Below are positions 39,061 to 47,955 of a DNA stretch of 59,332 nt, piece by piece. The stretch spans positions 1 through 59,332 of the IMG/VR virus record IMGVR_UViG_3300007522_000023; one strand, written 5' to 3'. The first letter of the stretch is position 1, and each line of letters opens with the position of its first letter. Origin of the DNA: a virus (Duplodnaviria; Caudoviricetes). The translations under genes were made by a program, and so were the position numbers. Below the pieces are notes generated by a model. That model saw only the letters and a list, made by a program, of their open reading frames with translations. It made no database searches and was not told the origin of the DNA.

Positions 39061-40002
39061 ATGATAAAAGAAAACAATTTGGTATCAGTACCATCAGCAA
39101 ACATTACTGTAAACAAAAGTAGAATAAAATTATATAAGAATACGGGTGATATGCCAACGTATTATCTACAAAAGGGGCAAGAGTTCCAATTAGAGTTATT
39201 TAATCCAACACAAGACGTTATAATGGCTAAGATATACCTTAACGATAAAGTTATATCTCAAGGTGGATTAATTATAAGACAAGGTGAAAGAATTTTCCTA
39301 GAGCGATATCTTGATGTAGCTAAAAAATTCTTATTCGATACATATGAAGTGTCAAGCTCTGAAGAGGTTAAAAAAGCGATTGAAAAAAATGGAGATTTTA
39401 AAGTTGAATTCTTTAAAGAGTTAAAATCATTTACTAAAGAAAATTATTTTCAGTTCAACAAGAGTAATCCGTATTCAACAGACATAACACTGAGTAATAA
39501 TCTTTCAGCTGGTATTCACCCTAATTCCAATACATCTGGTAATTATTTCCCTAATAATCTTACATTCACCAGTGGTGTCAGCTCAGAAAGTTTTAGATAT
39601 AAATACAATGGAATAACAACAAATAGTAACTTTAACACAACGAGTTTTAATTCTAATAATAGTAGAACATTTAGTAATCCATTACCTAAAAGTAATGTAC
39701 TTCGTTCATTAACTAAAATAGCTAAAATAGAAACTGGTAAAGTTGAAGAAGGTTCCGAATCAGAACAAAAATTAAAAATTGTTTCTATGGATTTTGATTT
39801 TATAGCGTTTCATACTATTGAATGTAAAATGTTACCAATATCACAAAAAATAAATACCGTAGAAGATATAAAAAAAATAAAACCTACAATGTCAGATATT
39901 ATAACTATTGTAAATGAAAACCCTAACGATATGATTTTAGGTGAAAAAATTAGAAGTTATTTTTTAACTAGTTTAATTAATAAATCTAAAGATAAATTAT
40001 AA
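39061..40002 (+). CDS. Hypothetical protein (beta-rich N-domain, low-complexity Asn/Ser linker)
   Basis: 313-aa ORF; its stop abuts the convergent stop in the palindrome TTATAA (39997-40002). Confidence 0.7.
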   Translation: MIKENNLVSVPSANITVNKSRIKLYKNTGDMPTYYLQKGQEFQLELFNPTQDVIMAKIYLNDKVISQGGLIIRQGERIFLERYLDVAKKFLFDTYEVSSSEEVKKAIEKNGDFKVEFFKELKSFTKENYFQFNKSNPYSTDITLSNNLSAGIHPNSNTSGNYFPNNLTFTSGVSSESFRYKYNGITTNSNFNTTSFNSNNSRTFSNPLPKSNVLRSLTKIAKIETGKVEEGSESEQKLKIVSMDFDFIAFHTIECKMLPISQKINTVEDIKKIKPTMSDIITIVNENPNDMILGEKIRSYFLTSLINKSKDKL

Positions 40003-40725
40003 TAATCTTATTTGTTTTATTAATTTTGTATAATAGTTAAATTGACTATTCACTCTAGCATTATCTTGTAAAACTTCTAATGGGTTAATTAAATTTTTAA
40101 TCCCCTCAATTGATGTGATTTTGTTATCATAAGAATTAATAAAATTTTTTAAATCAGAATAAGTATTATTAGTCATAACATAATTAAATAAATCATCTTT
40201 ATTAACAGTTTTAATATCAAAATTAGGAACACTAGGGTTATCATCATACGAGTCATTTGCACCAAATCGTAGAGTTGTTATAGAGTTAGCGTTTAAAATT
40301 TCATCGTTAATATCTTTATAAATAACACCACCATAGGCATATGGTAATTTATTACTATCTAAAGGTGTTATCTCCAAAAATAAGTTAGTCACCTCATCGT
40401 AAATCCAATAATGTTCGAAATATGTTGTACTATTTAAAAAGGCCCAACCTTTAACTGGGTAATATCGCTCAATTCCATTTTTTAAATTAATTTGTATGAA
40501 TTTAAAAACATTAGTTTCACATTTATTATAATTTGACATACCACATTTTTTCATTTCAACACCACCATCATGTGTTAACCTTAATTCAAAATTAGGGTTT
40601 TTAAAATTATTTTCTAGAAATTCTTTATTAGGATTTGTTTCATTAAATCTATTGTAAAACTCTTCGGTTGTTTCTTCTTTTTGTCTTAAATTTTCTCTAA
40701 GTAACTTTTTAATTAATGACTTCAT
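39997..40725 (-). CDS. Hypothetical late protein with possible transglutaminase/papain-like Cys-His core
   Basis: C..N...GW.....HYW......EITP pattern; N-terminal MKSLIKKLLRE leader; own promoter motif at 40726-40738. Confidence 0.55.
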   Translation of the reverse strand: MKSLIKKLLRENLRQKEETTEEFYNRFNETNPNKEFLENNFKNPNFELRLTHDGGVEMKKCGMSNYNKCETNVFKFIQINLKNGIERYYPVKGWAFLNSTTYFEHYWIYDEVTNLFLEITPLDSNKLPYAYGGVIYKDINDEILNANSITTLRFGANDSYDDNPSVPNFDIKTVNKDDLFNYVMTNNTYSDLKNFINSYDNKITSIEGIKNLINPLEVLQDNARVNSQFNYYTKLIKQIRLL

Positions 40726-40747
40726 GATAATAAATATCTATAAAAGC

Positions 40748-40779
40748 AAAAAAAGTCTAACCTTTCGATTAGACTTTTT
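40748..40779 (-). terminator. Intrinsic terminator after the major capsid gene (potentially bidirectional)
   Basis: AAAAAGTCTAA...TTAGACTTTTT hairpin with flanking A/T runs. Confidence 0.85.
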
Positions 40780-40798
40780 ATTATTTTAAGTAGTTAGA

Positions 40799-42634
40799 TT
40801 ATCTTAACTCATTAGGATTAAAAGTAACAACACCATCAACTCTCACGTGACCGTAGAATCTGTTGTTTACAATTTTCTTAGCGTAACGAGTCATGATTCC
40901 TTTCACTGGTGCGAAATTGAACGGGTTATACATTGTTGGTGTCAATTGTAAAGGTACGTATGGTGCATAAATGTACCCAGTATCTAACAATGATTTACCT
41001 TTATGTCCAATGATTACTGAGTAAGCTGGAGCGTAAGGGTCACGGTACACTTGGTAACGTCCACTTAAAGAACCAATTCTTTCAATACCCATGTTATAAG
41101 AATCTTGCTCTGGGTTAGCATCACTTACGTGGAAGTATTCTAAATCATCAAAGATAGCTGAGATTTCAGAAGATACAACGATGAAGTTAGCACCACCTCT
41201 AAGAGTTGATTTATGTATTTGTGCGGAAACTTGGTTTAATTTAGTAATTAAAGTTTGGTTCCACTCTTTTTGAGTATAAGGACTTGCAGAAGTCGAAGCT
41301 TTTCTCCATCCATTATAATCCCAACGTAATTGCCATGCAGCAGCTTTACGAATATCTCTTAAGATTTCTCTATCGATTTCAGCAGCAACTTGTTCAGACA
41401 ACATAGCTGTTAATTCAGCTTCAGCATCGATGTTATGGAATGCAGAAACATCTTGTGCTAACTCTGGAGACCATGTAGCTCTTAATTTTCTTTCTTCAAC
41501 AGCAACAACAACTTCATCCAATGTGAAAGATACTTCTCCCATTTCAGTTTCTAGTTCTAATGATGCGTATTCACCCCATGCAGCAGTAAATGTAAATGCA
41601 GATACTGTAGTAGCAGATGCACCAACATAACCATCGTATGTAGATGTTCCAGCGTTAGCAGCTCCCGTAGCAGTTACACCAACTGGGTGACGTAAATCTA
41701 ATTCAATGTATAAGTTACCAGTACTATCAGTCAATGAAGAATAATCTACGATACCTTTACCGTATTGTTGTGTTACTAATCTAAAAGGAATTTCCTTGTT
41801 AGCAGCGATAATAACGTTATTATCTTGGTCATTAATTGCAGCAGAAGGTACAACGTGTAATGAAGCTAAGAAAGACTCAGTATCCATTTGGTTCCCATTA
41901 GCACCAGTCATGACTGCTTTGTTTGAGTTATTTGGAGAAAATCCAGAGATAGCTAAAATAATACTTCTTACAGAACCATCAGTAGCTGTAGCTAAAGTTG
42001 AAGCTGGAGCACTAATAGTGTAAGCACCGTTTGAATCCATAGACAAAGTTTGTGGTCCAGCGTGAGTACGAATAGTTAAAGCACCTTTAGAGTTATCGAA
42101 TAAACCATCATTGTAAAATAAATCATAAAGATTTTTTGCTAAGAATGGTGTAACTACACATGTTCCATTAGCTGGTAACACACATGAAGGAACACCTTCA
42201 GCACCCATACCAGTATGTGCGGAGAATGTTGTTCCGTATACATCAGATGCAGCGGTAGATGAGTAATTATTACCAGCAACACCATTCTGGTCAACACGAC
42301 TAGATGTTTGTGGTACGAAATAGAATAATTTACCAATTGGCATATTCATAGCTTGTACTGATACGATATCATTAGCTAACAATTTAGAGAATACTCTACG
42401 TACAATAGGGAATACAACTGTCTCGAAAGAACCAGAAGAATTACTTGATGTAGACTCAGTTAATAATGTAGACGCTTGGTTTTCATATAATTGAGCGATA
42501 TTTTCTTTAACGTGACCTTTAAGACCTTCTAAGAATCCTAATGACTCCCATTTTGATTGAGTTTCTAAACGGATAGCCTTCATGTGGTTTAATCCGATGT
42601 TCCCAACTTGTCCAGATGTTAATAAATGTGACAT
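40799..42634 (-). CDS. gp23: Major capsid protein, T4 gp23-like
   Basis: LYENQ, PIVRRV...LANDIVSVQAM..P.G, RKLRATWSPELAQD, DAEAEL, EIDREI, YAPYVPL, F.P..G.MTRY. Confidence 0.97.
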   Translation of the reverse strand: MSHLLTSGQVGNIGLNHMKAIRLETQSKWESLGFLEGLKGHVKENIAQLYENQASTLLTESTSSNSSGSFETVVFPIVRRVFSKLLANDIVSVQAMNMPIGKLFYFVPQTSSRVDQNGVAGNNYSSTAASDVYGTTFSAHTGMGAEGVPSCVLPANGTCVVTPFLAKNLYDLFYNDGLFDNSKGALTIRTHAGPQTLSMDSNGAYTISAPASTLATATDGSVRSIILAISGFSPNNSNKAVMTGANGNQMDTESFLASLHVVPSAAINDQDNNVIIAANKEIPFRLVTQQYGKGIVDYSSLTDSTGNLYIELDLRHPVGVTATGAANAGTSTYDGYVGASATTVSAFTFTAAWGEYASLELETEMGEVSFTLDEVVVAVEERKLRATWSPELAQDVSAFHNIDAEAELTAMLSEQVAAEIDREILRDIRKAAAWQLRWDYNGWRKASTSASPYTQKEWNQTLITKLNQVSAQIHKSTLRGGANFIVVSSEISAIFDDLEYFHVSDANPEQDSYNMGIERIGSLSGRYQVYRDPYAPAYSVIIGHKGKSLLDTGYIYAPYVPLQLTPTMYNPFNFAPVKGIMTRYAKKIVNNRFYGHVRVDGVVTFNPNELR

Positions 42635-42681
42635 AATTTGTTTTGTTTTTTTTTGTTTGTTTTTGTTATAGTTTATTTTTA

Positions 42682-43977
42682 TTATCTTTTTTCTACTCTA
42701 TTAATCAAATCCATGATTCTTTTCGTAGATGGGTCAACATAAGCGTTACTTTCATTTAAATTTCTTGACACACTTGTTGTTGATTCCTTAATAATTTTGC
42801 TCTCAACTGATTCAGAAATTGATTTTCTTGATTCCAATTCACCTTCAATAGTTTTAGCTAATTTTTTTGATTCTTTAATACTTGTTGCATTATCAAATCT
42901 TTTTAATATACTTTCTTTTTCAGTTTTTGTAGTAGAATGCTCTGTGAACAAACTAGTAACACTTGCAAGATTAGTATTCCAAACCACAGTTTCAATTAAC
43001 TTAGTTCTAAATTCTTTTAATGCGCCTCTAAATTGTTCGTTTTCACTTTTTAATTTAGTAGCTTCTTTCAATAAAGTGTTATACTTCTTAGCTGTTTCAT
43101 AAACTAATTTTTTTGATTTTAATAAAGCTTCTTCTTGAAGTTTAGCGTTAGTATGTGCTGTTGCAACATACTTTACCTTACCACCAACATATCTAGTTTC
43201 ATCTAATACTTCTTCTTCTTCAGATTCTTCTTCTTCAGATTCTTCTTCTTCAGATTCTTCTTCTTCAGATTCTTCTTCTTCAGATTCTTCTTCTCCACCG
43301 ACAGTTGGTAACCCACCTTCAGCATCCATCTCAATATCGTATTCTACATCATATTCAGATTCATCTTCCATATCAGAATCCATGTCTAATTCTTCCATAT
43401 CAGAACCCATATTAGAATCCATGTCTAAGTCTTCCATATCAGAACCCATATTAGAACCCATGTCTAAGTCTTCCATATCAGAACCCATATCCATTTCTTC
43501 TTTACCTTTTAATGAATCTAACTTTACGATATATTCCCCTGGCTCTTGAACGTTTAAACGAAGTTCATCACCAACAATTTCGATTTCATCCTCACCACTC
43601 ATTTTTTTATAAATTGCGATTACGTCATCATCAGATGCTCCTGTCATATCCATGTCCTCTATATCTAACGCATCAACGTCCATTCCCATTTTTGGTTCCA
43701 TTCCCATTTCTGGTTCAGCACCCATTTCTTCAGAGTCACCCATGTCATCTAGTCCACCTTCTAATTCTTCAGAGTCATCACCTAATGTGATTTCGTCGAA
43801 TTCTTCCTCCTCATAAAGGTCATTCTTTTCCATTGTTAAAAGAGATTCTTTTACAACACTATCAATTTCTTCTTTAGCGACGCTACGAAGTATTTCTTTT
43901 GTGTTAGCATTAAGAGCATTTTGAATATTTTTAATATCCAACATTGCTTCTTCGATTATTGATTTCTTTTCTGCCAT
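42682..43977 (-). CDS. Prohead core/scaffold protein (gp22-like position)
   Basis: Very acidic, coiled-coil C-terminus, many I/L/V-x-E sites; lies between protease and capsid genes. Confidence 0.8.
   Translation of the reverse strand: MAEKKSIIEEAMLDIKNIQNALNANTKEILRSVAKEEIDSVVKESLLTMEKNDLYEEEEFDEITLGDDSEELEGGLDDMGDSEEMGAEPEMGMEPKMGMDVDALDIEDMDMTGASDDDVIAIYKKMSGEDEIEIVGDELRLNVQEPGEYIVKLDSLKGKEEMDMGSDMEDLDMGSNMGSDMEDLDMDSNMGSDMEELDMDSDMEDESEYDVEYDIEMDAEGGLPTVGGEEESEEEESEEEESEEEESEEEESEEEEVLDETRYVGGKVKYVATAHTNAKLQEEALLKSKKLVYETAKKYNTLLKEATKLKSENEQFRGALKEFRTKLIETVVWNTNLASVTSLFTEHSTTKTEKESILKRFDNATSIKESKKLAKTIEGELESRKSISESVESKIIKESTTSVSRNLNESNAYVDPSTKRIMDLINRVEKR
43210..43494 (-). repeat. Coding low-complexity repeats: (EEESE)x5 as a 15-nt unit, and DM[GD]S[DN]M repeats
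   Basis: ttcttcttcagattc tandem copies at 43210-43293; tcttccatatcagaa recurs at 43364-43494. Confidence 0.9.
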
Positions 43978-44100
43978 CTTATTTTAAAATTGTTAATTTA
44001 TTTTATTAGATAAAATATTAAGGTCTAACCCCATTTGGTAATAAATATATATTATTTCACTAAAATTCATTTTTTATGTAAAAAAATGTAAAATAAAAAC

Positions 44101-45966
44101 TTAATCAGATAAAAATTTATCTAAATCGTCTAAAAGATTTTCATTAAGTAATGGTTTTTTAATATTTAAGCTCTCTACGTAAGGTTTTAATTCTTCATGA
44201 TTTCTACCAATCCAAGCATCTGGGGTAGATGGTGCAGTAACTACATCCCAACAAATTATCTCGTAATCATCTTGAACTATTTGTTGACCATCTTTACTCT
44301 CTTTAAGTGAACCAACACCTCTTGATGATACTCCAATTTTAATTCTATTTCTTAATAGGTTGGCAACATCATCACCTTTACAAGATATGATACCTAAGTT
44401 TACAAAACCTGGACTCATGATAACTTCCATCTTACCCATAAGTGTATGACCTTCCCACCACGTTTCAACAATATTATGTGAAATCCTATCACCAGCAATA
44501 ATAGATGAGTTTCCATTCCAACAAGTTTTACCATTATCTCTAACATAGAACACATGATTAGGTACATCTACACAATAAACATTATCGTTATATTCAACTA
44601 ATTCAGTTTTTAATGTTCTTTTATCTAAATAAATACCTTTTGTTGTTGAAATATGTAATCTATTCATTGGTTTTGAATGACCTTTTTTAATTACTCTATT
44701 GTCAAACATTCTATCATAATTTCGTTCCTCAATTCTTAAATTAGATGAGTACCCAATTTTTAATATAATTTCTTGTAAATCATTTATTAATTTTTTAGAA
44801 GTACTAAAAACTTCTCGATATTTACCACCTCTAACTCGACCATCCCCCAAAACGAACCAATCTATAAAATCAGATAATAAATTATCACTTAATCCTTTTA
44901 ATTCAGTTGGTATAAATTTATCTTGTGATTTACCAAATTGTTTTAAATAATTATGTAATCTAGCATCATTTATTTTAAAATCTACTTTGCCATCTGAATA
45001 TATTATTTCTTTAAAACTTAATGGTAATGATTCTAATAATTCTCTTATCAGTATTTTACCATTTTCTTTTTTCTGTGTTATTTTACAAACATAACCACTA
45101 TCAGATGATTCAAAACCATATTCTTTTTCACCATTTTCAGTTACTCTAGATATTCTTTTTTTTGTTTTACTAACCACAACACAACCATCGGCTAAATAAA
45201 TTCCCATAAATTTGACCCACAAATCCATTGGTATCTCAATATCACTCATCAATTCTAATTTTTTACTGTATGAGGTATTAAAAGCTATTTCGTTTTCATC
45301 TAACCCTTTAATTGTAAAAAATTTTTTATCGTCACCAATCCACTTACCAACTTTAGGTATATACATTTTATCAATACCTTTAATCTTGTGTTCGTGTATG
45401 TCTGTAGCGGTAATAAAACTTCCATTACCGTTTCTATCTATAACCCAAAATTTATGGTTAGGTGTGACCATTAAGTCAATTGACCTACCTTTTATTGAAA
45501 TCATACTACCGTTGTAATGTTTAACTATTTTTTTTGTTATAGTCTTTAGTTCTATTTGGTTTGAAATTGGGTTTAAAGTGTATACTTCTTCATTTGAAGA
45601 AACATCTTTAATATATTTCCAACCATCTTTTGTTAAAATTTCAGCACTTTGTCGGTGACATTCTGGATGGTCTAGTTCACCCACAGCTCTACGTTCCCTA
45701 ATGACCTCTTGGTAAAGTCTATCTTGGCTTCTAAGAATAGACTCTGGATATATACGACCATTTCGGTTAAGTATTCCAAACTTCTGCAATACTACATACA
45801 CCAACAATGGTTCCGCTATAACCAACTTACCACTTTCAAGTTTTTTCATCTCATTGATGAAAGGTAAATTTCTTGGTTCATCTGGAGATATGTAACCAGC
45901 ATCATGCTCTATTAAGTAGCCATAACCACTTTCCCCACGTTTTAACGTTTTTATATCTTTATCCAT
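44101..45966 (-). CDS. gp21: Prohead protease (T4 gp21-like) with one intein; about 237 aa after splicing
   Basis: NRNGRIYP, GELDHP, SH, GVSSRGVGS, WDVV..PS motifs. Confidence 0.95.
   Translation of the reverse strand: MDKDIKTLKRGESGYGYLIEHDAGYISPDEPRNLPFINEMKKLESGKLVIAEPLLVYVVLQKFGILNRNGRIYPESILRSQDRLYQEVIRERRAVGELDHPECHRQSAEILTKDGWKYIKDVSSNEEVYTLNPISNQIELKTITKKIVKHYNGSMISIKGRSIDLMVTPNHKFWVIDRNGNGSFITATDIHEHKIKGIDKMYIPKVGKWIGDDKKFFTIKGLDENEIAFNTSYSKKLELMSDIEIPMDLWVKFMGIYLADGCVVVSKTKKRISRVTENGEKEYGFESSDSGYVCKITQKKENGKILIRELLESLPLSFKEIIYSDGKVDFKINDARLHNYLKQFGKSQDKFIPTELKGLSDNLLSDFIDWFVLGDGRVRGGKYREVFSTSKKLINDLQEIILKIGYSSNLRIEERNYDRMFDNRVIKKGHSKPMNRLHISTTKGIYLDKRTLKTELVEYNDNVYCVDVPNHVFYVRDNGKTCWNGNSSIIAGDRISHNIVETWWEGHTLMGKMEVIMSPGFVNLGIISCKGDDVANLLRNRIKIGVSSRGVGSLKESKDGQQIVQDDYEIICWDVVTAPSTPDAWIGRNHEELKPYVESLNIKKPLLNENLLDDLDKFLSD
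44509..45660 (-). mobile_element. Intein with LAGLIDADG endonuclease (384 aa), ends ...WNGN|S
   Basis: DHPE|CHRQSAEILTKDGWK ... VTPNH ... GIYLADG ... VLGDG ... VYCVDVPNHVFYV...GN|SS. Confidence 0.92.
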
Positions 45967-46002
45967 ACTATATTATTATAGTTATAAATATATGCGTAAA
46001 AT

Positions 46003-46025
46003 AAAAAAGGCCCAAACGGGCCTTT
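46003..46025 (-). terminator. Intrinsic terminator
   Basis: AAAGGCCC-aaac-GGGCCTTT with a T-run on the minus strand. Confidence 0.85.
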
Positions 46026-46046
46026 ATTAATTTTTATTATTTATTT

Positions 46047-46490
46047 TTATTTTTTTTTCTTATGGAAATTAAATGTTTTATTACTATCAAATACTGTCTT
46101 TATTAAAGTATCTGATATTAAAACCAACCCATCAATCATCACTTCGGATGTCAACGGAATTTCATTGCTTAGGAATAAAGTTATTTCACAATTCATAAAA
46201 CTTCTTTTACCTAATTTTATTCCAGATTCACGTATATCTAAATCAACTATCGTTTTATCGTTCTTGAACATAGTCTCATAATGTGAATTTATATGTCCGA
46301 ATAATGATTGTCTTATTTTTTTATTTAAATCTCTAATTGAACGACTGTAATTAAATTCACTATCCTCAGTTGGCTCTACCCATGCTGACAGATTAATATA
46401 TATTGCTTTAGGTTTCTTATTATTTACACTACCAAATATAACATTATAATTTTTGTGTCTATTAGTTTTAATTTCTTTACCAGTTTTCAT
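46047..46490 (-). CDS. Hypothetical protein (start revised to ATG 46490)
   Basis: ORF; preceded by TTG-N20-TATACTTG (46532-46502). Confidence 0.7.
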   Translation of the reverse strand: MKTGKEIKTNRHKNYNVIFGSVNNKKPKAIYINLSAWVEPTEDSEFNYSRSIRDLNKKIRQSLFGHINSHYETMFKNDKTIVDLDIRESGIKLGKRSFMNCEITLFLSNEIPLTSEVMIDGLVLISDTLIKTVFDSNKTFNFHKKKK

Positions 46491-46537
46491 ATTTTTTATT
46501 ACAAGTATAATAAAAATAATTGGTATAGTCAACCCCC

Positions 46538-46870
46538 TTAAAATTTACCCCATAAAGCTGCTACCAAAGCTATAACAATTTGTGTGAATGAAATAATCGC
46601 TATGGCAGCAACCCATCTATTTTTTTGTTTATATAGTTCATCTTTAGCTTCCTTCATTTGTGTTGGACTCCAAATCTCACTTACTTTATCAATCCAAACA
46701 TCATGTACTTGAACTTTAGCTTCAATATTTTTAACTTCAGTCAATTTTTGATTTAGCTCATTAAAACGAGCATCCATATCTTTACGCATATCCACATAGT
46801 TATCGTTTAAACGTTCTAATTCTTTTAAAACCAATTTACTGTAATCGTCCCACGTTTCTTTATCTGCCAT
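46538..46870 (-). CDS. Coiled-coil protein with single C-terminal transmembrane helix (holin/XhlA-like topology)
   Basis: WVAAIAIISFTQIVIALVAALW hydrophobic tail. Confidence 0.6.
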   Translation of the reverse strand: MADKETWDDYSKLVLKELERLNDNYVDMRKDMDARFNELNQKLTEVKNIEAKVQVHDVWIDKVSEIWSPTQMKEAKDELYKQKNRWVAAIAIISFTQIVIALVAALWGKF

Positions 46871-46876
46871 TTTATA

Positions 46877-47104
46877 TTATAGTTTTACATTTCCTAATAA
46901 GTTCATTACTCTAAAACACATATTTTCGTAACATTTAATTTTACCTTTTTCACCAGTAACATTATCAATTTCATCTTTACCGCTATCAACAATACATTTT
47001 AACTCTATTAAAATATCTTTGTATGAACTATCTTGTTGTTGTGTTTCACACAACTTTTCTCTTAGTTCTTTTAATTTTTTTAAATTTTCACTAAGCTCTC
47101 CCAT
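46877..47104 (-). CDS. Small hypothetical protein (start revised to ATG 47104)
   Basis: MGELSENL...; the revised start avoids overlap with 47109. Confidence 0.55.
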   Translation of the reverse strand: MGELSENLKKLKELREKLCETQQQDSSYKDILIELKCIVDSGKDEIDNVTGEKGKIKCYENMCFRVMNLLGNVKL

Positions 47105-47108
47105 AATC

Positions 47109-47909
47109 TTAAGATAATGAACTTTTAAGTTCAACTAATTTTGATATATTTTTAATGAAATCTTCATTTATATCTTTTTTATCGTTTAATAATTTACACT
47201 TAACAGTTAATAATTTTACCTTCGCATCAGTATCAGATTCTTTAATTTTAACATCTATCAAGTCAATACATTCCCTTAGAGTATTAGCGTAAACCTCTAA
47301 TCTTTTAGTATCATCTTCATCCATTAAAACCTTGACTAATGCTTTTTCAGATTCAGTTAAATTAGAATATTTTTCGTTATATTTTTCAACCATTATACTA
47401 CTTAACATACTATTAGGTAAATCTATTGATTCTGATATTACTTTAACAGTATTACCTTTTAAATACTCAGATATATTATGTCTTGCTTCAACTATTATTG
47501 AGATTGTATCAGACTTCTTATTAGTCATAATAAGAAAGTGTATATTTTCATATAAACTTTTTTTAACTTCATCAATATTTTCTTTTTTAAATGTAATTTG
47601 ACGCATTAATGCTAAATTAGCTGCATCAATATCTTTCTTTGAAAACTTACTCATCAAATCAATTGATTCTTGAATATATTGAATGGCCTTAAAACTATCA
47701 GTCTCAACCATATTCTCTATACTATTATAGATTAGAAATTGCGTTCTAAGAATTTCATTTTCACTAATCATCTTAAAATATGACTTAAATAGTTTCTTAT
47801 TGTCTTCATCCTTATTACCAATGTTTTCAGCAAGTATATTATTATAAACATCTTTTATTGCACCGAAATTGGCAACTGGAATTTTAGTTATTTTAATTTC
47901 TTTAGACAT
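47109..47909 (-). CDS. Helical head-assembly-region protein
   Basis: ORF directly after portal with a perfect promoter motif at 47919-47932. Confidence 0.7.
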   Translation of the reverse strand: MSKEIKITKIPVANFGAIKDVYNNILAENIGNKDEDNKKLFKSYFKMISENEILRTQFLIYNSIENMVETDSFKAIQYIQESIDLMSKFSKKDIDAANLALMRQITFKKENIDEVKKSLYENIHFLIMTNKKSDTISIIVEARHNISEYLKGNTVKVISESIDLPNSMLSSIMVEKYNEKYSNLTESEKALVKVLMDEDDTKRLEVYANTLRECIDLIDVKIKESDTDAKVKLLTVKCKLLNDKKDINEDFIKNISKLVELKSSLS

Positions 47910-47955
47910 ATTCTACCTTTTATTATAAATATCTTTATTTTTTTAAAAATACCAT

